Shown: positions 44,582-57,804 of the stretch, piece after piece
Position numbering within the stretch: position 1 is the first letter of the stretch
Layout: each line of letters starts with the position of its first letter
DNA from: Eledone cirrhosa
Taxonomy: Eukaryota
DNA: 64,000 nt
Assembly (NCBI GenBank): GCA_964016885.1
Contig: OZ024757.1
Location: 14,260,001-14,324,000, forward strand
Direction: 5' to 3'
Translations under genes and position numbers: made by a program
Notes under the pieces: generated by a model
What the model was told of the DNA's origin: nothing
The model's database searches: none
What the model saw: only the letters and a program-made list of their open reading frames with translations

Positions 44582-47500
44582 TGTCTGCCTTCAGTGTATG
44601 TGTATGGCTGGCTTCAGTGTGTGTATGGCTGTCTTCAGTGTGTGTATGGCTGTCTTCAGTGTGTGTATGGCTGTCTTCAGTGTGTGTATGTGTATGGCTG
44701 TCTTCAGTGTGTGTATGGCTGTCTTCAGTGTGTGTATGTGTATGGCTGGCTTCAGTGTGTGTATGGCTGTCTTCAGTGTGTGTATGTGTAAGGCTGGCTT
44801 CAGTGTGTGTATGTGTATGGCTGTCTCCAGTGTGTGTATGTGTATGGCTGTCTCCAGTGTGTGTATGTGTATGGCTGTCTTCAGTGTGTGTATGTGTAAG
44901 GCTGGCTTCAGTGTGTGTATGTGTATGTCTGTCTTCAGTGTGTGTATGTGTATGGCTGTCTTCAGTGTGTGTATGTGTATGGCTGTCTTCAGTGTGTATG
45001 TGTATGGCTGTCTTCAGTGTGTGTATGTCTATGGCTGTCTTCAGTGTGTGTATGGCTGTCTTCAGTGTGTGTATGTGTATGGCTGTCTTCAGTGTGTGTA
45101 TGTGTATGGCTGTTTTCAGTGTGTGTATGGCTGTCTTCAGTGTGTGTATGGCTGTCTTCAGTGTGTGTATGTGTATGGCTGTCTTCAGTGTGTGTATGTG
45201 TATGGCTGTCTTCAGTGTGTGTATGTGTATGGCTGTCTTCAGTGTGTGTATGTGTATAGCTGTCTTCAGTGTGTGTATGTCTGTCTTCAGTGTGTGTAAG
45301 TGTATAGCTGTCTTCAGTGTGTGTATGTGTATGGCTGTCTTCAGTGTGTGTATGTGTATGTCTGTCTTCAGTGTGTGTATGTGTATGGCTGTCTTCAGTG
45401 TGTGTATGTGTATAGCTGTCTTCAGTGTGTGTATGTGTATAGCTGTCTTCAGTGTGTGTATGTCTGTCTTCAGTGTGTGTAAGTGTATAGCTATCTTCAG
45501 TGTGTGTATGTGTATGGCTGTCTTCAGTGTGTGTATGTCTGTCTTCAGTGTGTGTAAGTGTATAGCTATCTTCAGTGTGTGTATGTGTATGGCTGGCTTC
45601 AGTGTGTGTATGGCTGTCTTCAGTGTGTGTAAGTGTATAGCTATCTTCAGTGTGTGTATGTGTATAGCTGTCTTCAGTGTGTGTATGTCTGTCTTCAGTG
45701 TGTGTAAGTGTATAGCTATCTTCAGTGTGTGTATGTGTATAGCTGTCTTCAGTGTGTGTATGTCTGTCTTCAGTGTGTGTAAGTGTATAGCTATCTTCAG
45801 TGTGTGTATGTGTATAGCTGTCTTCAGTGTGTGTATGTCTGTCTTCAGTGTGTGTAAGTGTATAGCTATCTTCAGTGTGTGTATGTGTATGGCTGGCTTC
45901 AGTGTGTGTAAGTGTATAGCTATCTTCAGTGTGTGTATGTGTATGTCTGTCTTCAGTGTGTGTAAGTGTATAGCTATCTTCAGTGTGTGTATGTGTATAG
46001 CTGTCTTCAGTGTGTGTATGTCTGTCTTCAGTGTGTGTAAGTGTATAGCTATCTTCAGTGTGTGTATGTGTATGGCTGGCTTCAGTGTGTGTATGGCTGT
46101 CTTCAGTGTGTGTATGTGTAAGGCTGGCTTCAGTGTGTGTATGTGTATGGCTGTCTCCAGTGTGTGTATGTGTATGGCTGTCTCCAGTGTGTGTATGTGT
46201 AAGGCTGTCTTCAGTGTGTGTATGTGTATGGCTGTCTTCAGTGTGTATGTGTATGGCTGTCTTCAGTGTGTGTATGTCTATGGCTGTCTTCAGTGTGTGT
46301 ATGGCTGTCTTCAGTGTGTGTATGTGTATGGCTGTCTTCAGTGTGTGTATGTGTATGGCTGTTTTCAGTGTGTGTATGGCTGTCTTCAGTGTGTGTATGG
46401 CTGTCTTCAGTGTGTGTATGTGTATGGCTGTCTTCAGTGTGTGTATGTGTATGGCTGTCTTCAGTGTGTGTATGTGTATGGCTGTCTTCAGTGTGTGTAT
46501 GTGTATAGCTGTCTTCAGTGTGTGTATGTCTGTCTTCAGTGTGTGTAAGTGTATAGCTGTCTTCAGTGTGTGTATGTGTATGGCTGTCTTCAGTGTGTGT
46601 ATGTGTATGTCTGTCTTCAGTGTGTGTATGTGTATGGCTGTCTTCAGTGTGTGTATGTGTATAGCTGTCTTCAGTGTGTGTATGTGTATAGCTGTCTTCA
46701 GTGTGTGTATGTCTGTCTTCAGTGTGTGTAAGTGTATAGCTATCTTCAGTGTGTGTATGTGTATGGCTGTCTTCAGTGTGTGTATGTGTATGGCTGTCTT
46801 CAGTGTGTGTATGTGTATGTCTGTCTTCAGTGTGTGTATGTGTAAGGCTGTCTTCAGTGTGTGTATGTGTAAGGCTTTCTTCAGTGTGTGTATGTGTAAG
46901 GCTGTCTTCAGTGTGTGTATGTGTATGGCTGTCTTCAGTGTGTGTATGTGTATGGCTGTCTTCAGTGTGTGTATGTGTATGGCTGTCTTCAGTGTATGTA
47001 TGTGTATGGCTGTCTTCAGTGTGTGTATGTGTATGGCTGTCTTCAGTGTGTGTATGTGTATGGCTGTCTTCAGTGTGTGTATATGTATGGCTGTCTTCAG
47101 TGTGTGTGTATGACTGTCTTCAGTGTGTGTATGTGTATGGCTGTCTTCAGTGTGTGTATGTGTATGGCTGTCTTCAGTGTGTGTATGTGTATGGCTGTCT
47201 TCAGTGTGTGTATATGTATGGCTGTCTTCAGTGTGTGTGTATGACTGTCTTCAGTGTGTGTATGTGTATGGCTGTCTTCAGTGTGTGTATGTGTATGGCT
47301 GTCTTCAGTGTGTGTATGTGTATGGCTGTCTTCAGTGTGTGTATATGTATGGCTGTCTTCAGTGTGTGTGTATGACTGTCTTCAGTGTGTGTATGTGTAT
47401 GGCTGTCTTCAGTGTGTGTATGTGTATGGCTGTCTTCAGTGTGTGTATGTGTATGGCTGTCTTCAGTGTGTGTATATGTATGGCTGTCTTCAGTGTGTGT

Positions 47501-50500
47501 GTATGACTGTCTTCAGTGTGTGTATGTGTATGGCTGTCTTCAGTGTGTGTATGTGTATGGCTGTCTTCAGTGTGTGTATGGCTGTCTTCAGTGTGTGTAT
47601 GTGTATGGCTGTCTTCAGTGTGTGTATATGTATGGCTGTCTTCAGTGTGTGTGTATGACTGTCTTCAGTGTGTGTATGTGTATGGCTGTCTTCAGTGTGT
47701 GTATGTGTATGGCTGTCTTCTGTGTGTGTATGTGTATGTCTGTCTTCAGTGTGTGTATGTGTATGGCTGTCTTCAGTGTGTGTATGTGTATGGCTGTCTT
47801 CAGTGTGTGTATGGCTGTCTTCAGTGTGTGTATGTGTAAGGCTGTCTTCAGTGTGTGTATGGCTGTCTTCAGTGTGTGTATGTGTATGGCTGTCTTCAGT
47901 GTGTGTATGTGTATGGCTGTCTTCAGTGTGTGTATGTGTATGGCTGTCTTCAGTGTGTGTATGGCTGTCTTCAGTGTGTGTATGTGTATGGCTGTCTTCA
48001 GTGTGTGTATGTGTATGTCTGTCTTCAGTGTGTGTATGTGTATGGCTGTCTTCAGTGTGTGTATGTGTATGGCTGTCTTCAGTGTGTGTATGGCTGTCTT
48101 CAGTGTGTGTATGTGTAAGGCTGTCTTCAGTGTGTGTATGTGTATGTCTGTCTTCAGTGTGTGTATGTGTATGTCTGTCTTCAGTGTGTGTATGTGTATG
48201 TCTGTCTTCAGTGTGTGTATGTGTAAGGCTGTCTTCAGTGTGTGTATGTGTAAGGCTGTCTTCAGTGTGTGTATGTGTATGGCTGTCTTTAGTGTGTGTA
48301 TGTGTATGTCTGTCTTCAGTGTGTGTATGTGTATGTCTGTCTTCAGTGTGTGTATGTGTATGGCTGTCTTCAGTGTGTGTATGTGTATGGCTGTCTTCAG
48401 TGTGTGTATATGTATGGCTGTCTTCAGTGTGTGTATGTGTATGGCTGTCTTCAGTGTGTGTATGTGTAAGGCTGTCTTCAGTGTGTGTATGTGTATGGCT
48501 GTCTTCAGTGTGTGTATATGTATGGCTGTCTTCAGTGTGTGTATGTGTATGGCTGTCTTCAGTATGTGTATGGCTGTCTTCAGTGTGTGTATGTGTATGG
48601 CTGTCTTCAGTGTGTGTATATGTATGGCTGTCTTCAGTGTGTGTATGTGTATGGCTGTCTTCAGTATGTGTATGGCTGTCTTCAGTGTGTGTATGTGTAT
48701 GGCTGTCTTCAGTGTGTGTATATGTATGACTGTCTTCAGTGTGTGTATGTGTATGGTTGTCTTCAGTGTGTGTATGTGTATGGCTGTCTTCAGTGTGTGT
48801 ATGGCTGTCTTCAGTGTGTGTATGTGTAAGGCTGTCTTCAGTGTGTGTATGTGTATGGCTGTCCTCAGTGTGTGTATATGTATGGCTGTCTTCAGTGTGT
48901 GTATGTGTATGGCTGTCTTCAGTGTGTGTATGGCTGTCTTCAGTGTGTGTATGTGTATGGCTGTCTTCAGTGTGTGTATATGTATGGCTGTCTTCAGTGT
49001 GTGTATGGCTGTCTTCAGTGTGTGTATGTGTATGGCTGTCTTCAGTGTGTGTATGGCTGTCTTCAGTGTGTGTATGTGTATGGCTGTCTTCAGTGTGTGT
49101 ATGTGTATGGCTGTCTTCAGTATGTGTATGGCTGTCTTCAGTATGTGTATGGCTGTCTTCAGTGTGTGTATGTGTATGGCTGTCTTCAGTGTGTGTATGA
49201 CTGTCTTCAGTGTGTGTATGTGTATGGCTGTCTTCAGTGTGTGTATGGCTGTCTTCAGTGTGTGTATGTGTATGGCTGTCTTCAGTGTGTGTATATGTAT
49301 GGCTGTCTTCAGTGTGTGTATGGCTGTCTTCAGTGTGTGTATGTGTATGGCTGTCTTCAGTGTGTGTATGGCTGTCTTCAGTGTGATGTGTATGGCTGTC
49401 TTCAGTGTGTGTATGTGTATGGCTGTCTTCAGTGTGTGTATGGCTGTCTTCAGTGATGTGTATGGCTGTCTTCAGTGTGTGTATGTGTATGGCTGTCTTC
49501 AGTGTGTGTATGACTGTCTTCAGTGTGTGTATGTGTATGGCTGTCTTCAGTGTGTGTATGTATGGCTGTCTTCAGTGTGTGTATGTGTATGGCTGTCTTC
49601 AGTGTGTGTATATGTATGGCTGTCTTCAGTGTGTGTGTATGACTGTCTTCAGTGTGTGTATGTGTATTGCTGTTTAGTGGTGTATGGCTGTCTTCAGTGT
49701 GTGTATGTGTATGGCTGTCTTCAGTGTGTGTATATGTTATGGCTGTCTTCAGTGTGTGTGTATGACTGTCTTCAGTGTATGTATGTGTATGGCTGTCTTC
49801 AGTGTGTGTATGTTGTATGGCTGTCCTTCAGTGTGTGTATGTGTATGGCTGTCTTCAGTGTGTGTATATGTATGGCTGTCTTCAGTGTGTGTGTATGACT
49901 GTCTTCAGTGTGTGTATGTGTATGGCTGTCTTCAGTGTGGATGTGTATGGCTGTCTCAGTGTGTGTATGTGTATGGCTGTCTTCAGTGTGTGTATATGTA
50001 TGGCTGTCTTCAGTGTGTGTGTATGACTGTCTTCAGTGTGTGTATGTGTATGGCTGTCTTCAGTGTGTGTATGTGTATGGCTGTCTTCAGTGTGTGTATG
50101 TGTATGGCTGTCTTCAGTGTGTGTATATGTATGGCTGTCTTCAGTGTGTGTGTATGACTGTCTTCAGTGTGTGTATGTGTATGGCTGTCTTCAGTGTGTG
50201 TATGGCTGTCTTCAGTGTGTGTATGTGTATGGCTGTCTTCAGTGTGTGTATATGTATGGCTGTCTTCAGTGTGTGTGTATGACTGTCTTCAGTGTGTGTA
50301 TGTGTATGGCTGTCTTCAGTGTGTGTATGTGTATGGCTGTCTTCAGTGTGTGTATGGCTGTCTTCAGTGTGTGTATGTGTATGGCTGTCTTCAGTGTGTG
50401 TATATGTATGGCTGTCTTCAGTGTGTGTGTATGACTGTCTTCAGTGTGTGTATGTGTATGGCTGTCTTCAGTGTGTGTATGGCTGTCTTCAGTGTGTGTA

Positions 50501-50906
50501 TGTGTATGGCTGTCTTCAGTGTGTGTATGGCTGTCTTCAGTGTGTGTATGTGTATGGCTGTCTTCAGTGTGTGTATGTGTATGGCTGTCTTCAGTGTGTG
50601 TATGTGTATGGCTGTCTTCAGTGTGTGTATGTGTATGGCTGTCTTCAGTGTGTGTATGTGTAAGGCTGTCTTCAGTGTGTGTATGTGTATGGCTGTCTTC
50701 AGTGTGTGTATGTGTATGGCTGTCTTCAGTGTGTGTATGTGTAAGGCTGTCTTCAGTGTGTGTATGTGTAAGGCTGTCTTCAGTGTGTGTATGTGTAAGG
50801 CTGTCTTCAGTGTGTGTATGTGTATGGCTGTCTTCAGTGTGTGTATATGTATGGCTGTCTTCAGTGTGTGTGTATAGCTGTCTTCAGTGTGTGTGTATGG
50901 CTGTCT
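44582..50906. repeat. 21/27-bp tandem satellite (~6.3 kb) with higher-order structure
   Basis: Unit TGGCTGTCTTCAGTGTGTGTA with or without TGTGTA; variant patterns recur at 131 bp and 1249 bp. Confidence 0.97.
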
Positions 50907-50925
50907 TACTCTGTATGTTTGTGAA

Positions 50926-51542
50926 GGCGCATGTCTTAGTGGTTAGAGCATTGGGCTTGCAATCAGAAGGTTGTGAGCTCGATTCTCGGACCAGGCGATG
51001 CGTCGTGTCCTTGAGCAAGACACTTTATTTCACGTTGCTCCAGTTTACTCAGCTGTGGAAATGAGTTGCGACGTCACTGGTGCCAAGCTGTATCGGCCAT
51101 TGCCTTTCCTTGGACAACATCTTATATAGTGTATATGCAGTGTATATACAGTGTCTATATAGTGTATATATACGTTACATAGTGTCTATATAATGTATAT
51201 AGGAGTTTTGATGTCACTGGTGCCAAGCTGTATCGGCCATTGCCTTTCCTTGGACAACATCTTATATAGTGTATATGCAGTGTATATACAGTGTCTATAT
51301 AGTGTATATATACGTTACATAGTGTCTATATAATGTATATAGGAGTTTTGATGTCACTGGTGCCAAGCTGTATCGGCCATTGCCTTTCCTTGGACAACAT
51401 CGGTGGTGTGGAGAGGGGGAGACTGGTATGCATGGGCGACTGTTGGTCTTCCACAAACAACCTTGCCCGGTCTTGTGCCTCAGAGGGGAACTTTCTAGGT
51501 GTAAATCCCCTGATCATTCGTGACCGAAGGGTGTCTTTACTC
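50926..51542 (+). mobile_element. tRNA-derived SINE with internal 140-bp repeats
   Basis: A-box-like TGTCTTAGTGG, B-box-like GCTCGATTC, body GTCCTTGAGCAAGACACTT; GTCACTGGTGCCAAGC occurs at 51073, 51213 and 51353. Confidence 0.8.
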
Positions 51543-51827
51543 TAAAGAACTATTCACAATTATTTTTCCTTGCGATTTATTCACAACCAAGCAACCTAAA
51601 CATAGGGAGCCTGACTGCTGTTTGATTACAGTTTCTGAACTGAAGAATTAAATCTGACCATTCCAGTAGATTGATATGGTAATCAATACCAGAACAGTTC
51701 GTCATTGGAAGTCATTCTGTATATATATATCCAGGGAGTGTAACATGGAGTTACTGTAGGTACACCCAGGTGAGCACTCGATGTTTAACTTCACGCCGGT
51801 ATCGAGGTGTAGAGCTAGACAGAGTGT

Positions 51828-52106
51828 AGTATAATAAAACAAGGACGAATGGTTACTCCTTCATTACGTTTATTGGTTGGTGACGCACGTTTCGCTACTG
51901 ATCACCTCAAGGTTAGATCTGTATCGATCTATCCCGACTCTGGAATCAAAAGCTCGTCGGACCTCTGTTATTACTACCACAGATGTTCGACGAGCTTTTG
52001 ATTCCAGAGTCGGGCTAGATCGAACTTTGAGTTGATCAGTAGCGAAACGCCCGTCACCAACCAATAAACGTAACGAAGGAGTAACTATTCCTCCTTGTAT
52101 TATTAT
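51828..52106. repeat. Foldback of a pLTR fragment carrying an HHR 3' half
   Basis: Arms of about 130 bp around 51968-51978; GAAAC-GTGC/GCCC-GTC-ACCAA present, 5' core absent. Confidence 0.7.
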
Positions 52107-52398
52107 ATATATGTGTGTGTGAAACAGTGATTTATGGGTCTGCCGGTTGCATGCTGTGGGAAACTATGCTAGAAAATTAAATGGTTCAGTCCTGCTCACT
52201 AGATTAAGTATATTTACACGGGCTTTCCAACTCGGCTTTCTTGCTTGTGGTGTCCCTGGGTAAATCACAATAATCCTTCTATGTTTATACCTACCCTCTT
52301 CTTCTACATATCGTCTTTCTCCCCGACTGACCTCTCTGTAAATCTGATATCTATCTCTTTCCTACCTACATATATATCTGACTTCCTGTCAATATATA

Positions 52399-52505
52399 CA
52401 GGGTGTCCCCAAAAACTGTATACACACTTCAACAGTATTCTCATAAATATTGCCTGTACAGGTAGTCAAAGTGCGTATACATTTTATGGGGGCGGGCACA
52501 TCCTG
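52399..52505. mobile_element. Tc1/mariner-like MITE
   Basis: TA-CAGGGTGTCC...GCACATCCTG-TA. Confidence 0.7.
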
Positions 52506-52912
52506 TATATATACATGCAGAGGGAGTAATCTCAACAGATTATATATATATATATAAATATATAACGAAGGAAATGTGGTAAGGAACCAGGTGGACCATA
52601 ACGCACCAAAGTACTCAATACTTAGGGTAGTAGAGTGGGTAATAGGAACGAGTAGGACCCAAATTAGGGTCCAGAATTAGCCGTCGAAACGGCTTGAGCT
52701 CAGCCGTCGGGGTCCTACTCGTTCCTATATATATATATATACATATATATATATAACGAAGGAGTTGTGGTAAGGAACCAGATGGACCATAACGCACCAG
52801 AGTACTCAATACTTAGGGTAGTAGAGTGGGTAATAGGAGAAAGTATACTTTCTCCTATATAAATATATATATATATAATCTGTTGATATTACTCCCTCTG
52901 CATGTATATATA

Positions 52913-53019
52913 CAGGAGGTGCCCACCCCCATAAAATGTATACGCACTTTGACTACCTGTACAGGCAATATTTATGAGAATACTGTTGAAGTGTGTATAC
53001 AGTTTGGGGGGACACCCTG
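52913..53019. mobile_element. Tc1/mariner-like MITE (inverted duplicate of 52399-52505)
   Basis: Reverse-complement match including flanks. Confidence 0.7.
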
Positions 53020-53542
53020 TATATACACACACATATATATATAATCTGTCGGTATTGCTCTCTCTCTATATATATATTTATATATAGAGAGAGAGGCTAA
53101 ATATATATAGCCTCTCTCTCTATTTACATACCTATCTATCTATCGTCATTTTAATATTTATTTATTCATTTCTATCCCTGAAAAAGCCATTTCTCACACC
53201 TTTACCATTTTATTGTTAAACTACACAATGGAATGGGAAACTGTACCCCGAAAGTCTGGTACCACTGTACAAAGCCTTTCTCTGACCCCCACATCCGTTG
53301 CTCTGATGCCCCCCCCCCCCCTTCTCACTCTTCCATTTATATATCTATTTATCCATTTATTTATCTGTACCTCAAGTCGAAGCTGTCGTCTGCATGATTC
53401 ATTCGTTTCATTCGTGTGTGTTACTGTTCTGATTTCGTTTGTAGTGTCACGTAACTCATTAGTGGACAAATACCTGCTTGACTGTTTTTATATATACGTG
53501 TGTGTGTGTGTGTGCATACATACACACATATATATAGGTATG

Positions 53543-53584
<42 letters not shown>

Positions 53585-53758
53585 CATTCATATATACATA
53601 CATTCATATATACATACATACATAGATATGTGTGTGAATGCATTTTAAATATATCTCGGTTGGCCAAGATGGCGTAAACAACTCGGCTCTGTCTTTGTTC
53701 TGTATGCGTACGTGTATGTATGTATGTATGTATGTATGTATGTATGTATGTATGTATG

Positions 53759-55079
53759 TTTTCTCTTTCTCTTAATTTCGAGTATATTTTTTTTGACCGG
53801 CCACCTTCCTGGTGGCAAGGTTGTAAAAGAAAAGAAATTGTCATCCCTTGAATCGCAAGAATGTTTTGCAAATTTTGAAGGTGCCAGCTATCGCAGCCAT
53901 TTGTAGACTATGAATTAGGGAGCTGCGCTTTTTGTCCGCAAATCCAAGTTCAGTCATACTTTGGTCCAAGCGGGTTGGTATATAACCCGTAGCACCAATA
54001 ATGATGGGTATGAAGCTAAAGGTGTATCTTGGATACTGGATTTGTAAACTCCTCATCAATGGTCCGTAGATGTCCTCCTTCTCCTGTATTTTTCTGACAA
54101 CGTTTACATCAAGTGGGCAGCTGATCTCCACAACAGAACACGTTTTCAATGTGTGGTCCCAAACTACAATATCAGGCCAGTTGTGCTTTAATTTGGTGGC
54201 AGTTTTTATTTTCAGGTTCCACCAGTATTCCTTAGTGCCATCTGTCTCAATATATTCTTCCTCGTTTGTTGTTAATTTTGTTTTCCGAAGTGCGTTCCAG
54301 ATGGTTCTAGCTATCCCATCGTGTCTCATGGGGAGGTAGTAGCGAGATGACATTCTTTCGCAGCTGGCAACAATGTGGCTTACATCCTCGATCTTTGTTT
54401 TACATAGCCTACATTTATTGTCAGCTGCTGGCCCTCCTCTTTTGTGCAGCAGATATTTGGTAGGGAGTTCTTGTTCCTGTATTGCATAGAGATATCCCTC
54501 AAGGTGTGATGTCATAAACTTGTCGGAACTCCATGCCAGGCTTTTTGAGTGGTTTATCCCCTCTATGGTCTGTGTTTTACGCCTCAAGTATCCATGCACA
54601 ACTTTTTCTGTAAATTGGTCAATTTTTTTATCTTGTTTGAACATTGAATAGGATCTTCTGATTTCTCTGGGTGAGAGATTTATATCAGGCTTTATTCCAT
54701 ATCTCTCCTCCAGATCAGTCGCTATTCTAATGATATTTCTTTTATCATGCTCATAAACCTGGGCAAGATGGTTGCCAACCTTTTTCCTCTGTTGAAGGTG
54801 TTGCTTCAGTGTTACTATCCGGGTCTCATATGTTGTTAATATTGATTTTAGACCCCGGCCACCTTCCTTGCGTGAGAAGTATAGCCTATCCACATCACCA
54901 TTGATGTTAAAGTTCCCAGTAACACTGAGAAGTTTTCGAGTTCTAACATCCATCTCACTTAGTTCTTGCAATGACCAGTTCAGTAGGCCAAATGTTGGCG
55001 TTAGAATTGGCACAGCATAAGTATTGTGGGCAATGTATTTGTTGTATGCTGACAGTTCTGATGACCATATTTTCTTTTT
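53759..55079 (-). mobile_element. 5'-truncated R4/Dong-like RLE non-LTR retrotransposon in (TATG)n
   Basis: ORF portion 53841-55079: NTYAVPIL, RLYFSRKEGGRGL, CRLC...HIVASC, RHD, PDIVVWD...EISCP...K..IY. (TATG)n on both sides. Confidence 0.9.
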
Positions 55080-55379
55080 GTATGTATGTATGTATGTATG
55101 TATGTATGTATGTATGTATGTATGTATGTATGTATACACACACATATATGTATGTATAGCTAGATACATAGAGAGAGAAAGATTGACACATATGTAGATA
55201 TTTGCGCGTGTGTATACATGTTCATTTGTGTGTGTATATATATACGCATATGTATATATATATAAGTTGAAAAAAAAATGAAAACGAAATTTCATTTCTC
55301 ACTCTTAGTATGGCACTTACTTAAATGTAAGTATGTATGTATACGTACATACATATATGTATACAGACGTACAGTAGCA

Positions 55380-55424
<45 letters not shown>

Positions 55425-55574
55425 GCATACAGGTACACATACATATATGCACGCATCAGTTCAGTTTAGCCGACGTTTTGTTCGTTTGTTTGTCAACAAA
55501 CCGAACAGCCTGAATTTATGCCATACGGTGTTAAGGCAACCACGTCACCTTTTTGTTCAACACTGACACAGGAA

Positions 55575-55615
55575 CGATGTACTAGTTTCAAGCTTGTTAG
55601 CTATCATCAGCACCG
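55575..55615 (-). ncRNA. Hammerhead ribozyme motif
   Basis: Reverse complement of 56440-56480. Confidence 0.82.
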
Positions 55616-55851
55616 TTTACCCATCTGCCAGATAGTTGAACGTTCGAAAGTATATACTTTCCTTATGAAAATTAACGGCTGAGCAGCCTAATTTGCATAT
55701 TGAGTGAGTTAAATCGGTCAGGCATACCGAAAACGATAAGCTGAAAAAAAATGAAAACGAAATTTCATTTCTCACTCTTAGTATGGCACTTTCTTAAATG
55801 TAAGTATGTATGTATACGTACATACATATATGTATACAGACGTACAGTAGC

Positions 55852-55885
<34 letters not shown>

Positions 55886-56049
55886 GCATACAGGTACACA
55901 TACATATATGCACGCATCAGTTTAGCCGACGTTTATTATAACGCCGGCCGCTTTGTTCGTTTGTTTGTCAACAAACCGAACAGCCTGAATTTATGCCATA
56001 CGGTGTTAAGGCAACCACGTCACCTTTTTGTTCAACACTGACACAGGAA

Positions 56050-56090
56050 CGATGTACTAGTTTCAAGCTTGTTAGCTATCATCAGCACCG
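56050..56090 (-). ncRNA. Hammerhead ribozyme motif
   Basis: Reverse complement of 56440-56480; 475 bp from the previous copy. Confidence 0.82.
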
Positions 56091-56439
56091 TTTACCCATC
56101 TGCCAGATAGTTGAACGTTCGAAAGTATATACTTTCCTTATGAAAATTAACGGCTGAGCAGCCTAATTTGCATATTGAGTGAGTTAAATCGGTCAGGCAT
56201 ACCGAAAACGATAAGTTGAAAAAATGTATACATATATGTATGTACGTATACATACATATAAGTAAGTGCCATACTAAGAGTGAGAAATGAAATTTCGTTT
56301 TCATTTTTTTTCAACTTATCGTTTTCGGTATGCCCGACCGATTTAACTCACTCAATATGCAAATTAGGCTGCTCAGCCGTTAATTTTCATAAGGAAAGTA
56401 TATACTTTCGAACGTTCAACTATCTGGCAGATGGGTAAA

Positions 56440-56480
56440 CGGTGCTGATGATAGCTAACAAGCTTGAAACTAGTACATCG
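56440..56480 (+). ncRNA. Hammerhead ribozyme motif
   Basis: CGGTG-CTGATGA-T-AGC taacaa GCT-T-GAAA-CTAG-TA-CATCG. Confidence 0.85.
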
Positions 56481-56644
56481 TTCCTGTGTCAGTGTTGAAC
56501 AAAAAGGTGACGTGGTTGCCTTAACACCGTATGGCATAAATTCAGGCTGTTCGGTTTGTTGACAAACAAACGAACAAAGCGGCCGGCGTTATAATAAACG
56601 TCGGCTAAACTGATGCGTGCATATATGTATGTGTACCTGTATGC

Positions 56645-56741
<97 letters not shown>

Positions 56742-56778
56742 TGCTACTGTACGTCTGTATACATATATGTATGTACGT

Positions 56779-56812
<34 letters not shown>

Positions 56813-57039
56813 TTATATAGGAACGAGTAGGACCCCGACGGCTGAGCTCAAGCCGTTTCGACGGCTAATTCTAGTCCAGAATTAGCCGTCGAAACGGCTT
56901 GAGCTCAGGCGTCGGGGGTCCTACTCGTTCCTATTACCCACTCTACTACCCTAAGTATTGAGTACTTTGGTGCGTTATGGTCCACCTGGTTCCTTACCAC
57001 ATTTCCTTCGTTATATATTTATATATATAGACACACGCG

Positions 57040-57275
57040 CACAAACATACTTTGTATTTGTGATCAAGATCCTTAACGTGAAATCGTGTGTTGAAACTGT
57101 TAGGGAAACCTTTGGGAAGGTCACCCTGCCAATAAAAACACACGCACCAGTTAACTTTCACTTCGGTTTTTTTATTAGTTAAGTAACTAATCCATTCCTC
57201 ACTTTGTTTAGTAACTAATAACTATTTAATTGTCAAAGCTCTTTCGTCATACATTCTGTGACCTTCTCAATGAGT
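57040..57275 (-). mobile_element. Diverged pLTR of the 6.5k Penelope family, with U3-A8 HHR at 57233-57273
   Basis: Shares TGCCAATAA.AAACACACGCACCAGTT. Minus strand reads TCA-TTGAGAA-G-GTCACA gaatg TATGAC-GAAA-GAGC-TT-TGA. Confidence 0.7.
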
Positions 57276-57804
57276 ATTTTGGATAGCTGTGTCTTCTCTT
57301 CTAGTTCCTCTATCATTGGCACGTCTACCACCACCAACCAACACCGCCATGTTTGACTCCACAACTACCGCTAGCATTGCTACCACCAGCACTGCTGCCA
57401 ACACCAACATCATCACTATCATTGCCATCATCACCACTACTAATACCATCACCATCCACAACAATAAATGCCAGCCCTCAGGCCGCCATCATCACCACCA
57501 CCACTACCATTACTACCACCACCACCATCCACAACAACTGCACCCCCCTCCCGCCGCCAAGACCACTATCACAACCATAACTGCACCCCCTCCTCAGGCT
57601 TCCATCATCATCATAACCATCACCACAGACATCTGAGATTATAATCTTTATATCCTTTGCTCTCTCTCTCTCTCTCTATTTAGACCAATCACTACATATC
57701 TATCACTTCTCACCCCACATGTACTCTCTAGACAGTGAAGTTAAAAACCTTCATTGTGACCCTTCTGTGTTTTGTTTAGGCTAATGAAATCCGGACTGTT
57801 AGGT

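Larger units (their letters stand above)
55263..56792 (-). mobile_element. ORF-less HHR element: two tandem ~475-bp units plus an inverted copy
   Basis: Units start at about 55263 and 55736; 56225-56792 is inverted and spans the unit junction. Confidence 0.88.

Noticed and set aside
50926-50995. tRNA gene
   Set aside because: No acceptor stem, and it continues into a SINE body.
44317-51064. Cys/Val/Met-rich ORFs up to 837 aa
   Set aside because: Satellite translations.
52204-57795. Phase-consistent five-exon chain on the minus strand ending WDTTSKKAELESPCKYT*
   Set aside because: Acceptors lack polypyrimidine tracts, one donor lies inside a pLTR hammerhead, and the peptide is not recognisable.
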